Shown here one piece after another: positions 15,914 through 16,198 of a stretch of 16,198 nt of DNA (within the stretch, counting starts at the first letter, position 1; each line of letters opens with the position of its first letter). Under the pieces are notes generated by a model. It had not been told where the DNA came from. It saw nothing but the letters and a program-made list of their open reading frames with translations, and ran no database searches. The position numbers were made by a program, and so were the translations under genes. Origin of the DNA: Candidatus Aminicenantes bacterium (GTDB lineage Bacteria > Acidobacteriota > Aminicenantia > Aminicenantales > Aminicenantaceae); NCBI GenBank assembly GCA_030607635.1, contig JAUWJP010000012.1:1-16198 (forward strand), given 5' to 3'.

Positions 15914-16198
15914 TCAATCTAATCCACTCTGTATGACGCTTCTGACTTTACCCATGAGCTGGGAGAGGTTGTTCCTGTCAAATCCCTGGACAGAAACGGG
16001 CGGATGAAATATCACGCCCACTTTTCCTTTTTTAGCAAAAAAAGAACCTTTGGGTAGGAGTGCGTAGCTTCCCTTTATGCTCACAGGAAAGATGGGAACC
16101 TGGCTGTTGACCGCCAGGAAGAATCCTCCCCGCTTGAATGGCTGAAGTTTCCCGTCTCGACTCCTCGTGCCCTCGGGAAATATCAGGAAGGAAATGCC
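15914..16198 (-). CDS. plsC: 3' portion of a PlsC/LPLAT-family 1-acyl-sn-glycerol-3-phosphate acyltransferase-like gene. It is truncated by the window edge and probably in an operon with gmhA.
   Basis: Translation of the minus strand gives ...GISFLIFPEGTRSRDGKLQPFKRGGFFLAVNSQVPIFPVSIKGSY...VIQSGLD*. It contains the FPEGTRS acyltransferase block III and a following PIxPV block. The stop codon is at 15914-15916. Confidence 0.7.
   Translation of the reverse strand, partial: GISFLIFPEGTRSRDGKLQPFKRGGFFLAVNSQVPIFPVSIKGSYALLPKGSFFAKKGKVGVIFHPPVSVQGFDRNNLSQLMGKVRSVIQSGLD

Noticed and set aside
1-16198. Looked for tRNA/rRNA genes, CRISPR arrays, transposase/integrase genes and terminal inverted repeats of an IS or MITE
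   Set aside because: No T-arm or anticodon-arm-like tRNA signatures or rRNA-like conserved stretches were found. There are no arrays of spaced direct repeats, and no ORF has transposase or recombinase motifs. Apart from the two palindromes noted, nothing suggests mobile DNA.

Overview
This 16.2 kb window looks like a moderately AT-rich diderm (Gram-negative-type) bacterial chromosome segment. It carries no transposase, integrase, CRISPR array, rRNA or tRNA. Twelve protein-coding genes can be supported.

On the minus strand at the left end are an exported hypothetical protein and a 1042-aa secreted BNR/Asp-box two-propeller protein of the sortilin-like family; between the convergent ORF1 and ORF2, a small secreted, highly charged protein sits on the plus strand.

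A plus-strand run follows. It contains lpxK, an LpxL/HtrB-family lipid A late acyltransferase, rph and a UDP-glucuronate decarboxylase (UXS), and is closed by a strong palindromic terminator.

A second plus-strand run then encodes:
- a FloT-type flotillin;
- an unusual 783-aa fusion of a class-I aspartate aminotransferase with a ~385-aa HprK/PEPCK-fold P-loop domain that has a degenerate Walker A and a five-cysteine cluster;
- a divergent ATP-type PEP carboxykinase with a basic C-terminal tail.

On the minus strand at the right end are gmhA and the 3' part of a PlsC-like acyltransferase.

The most interesting candidate for something undescribed is the flotillin, aminotransferase-kinase-like fusion and PEPCK-like module. 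It suggests a membrane-scaffolded or regulated Asp to oxaloacetate to PEP unit.

The non-coding observations are:
- two copies of a long perfect palindrome sharing a 21-nt core (one a terminator, one inside a divergent promoter region);
- a structured-looking 5' leader region with a 14-bp long-range inverted repeat;
- an atypical LpxK P-loop.
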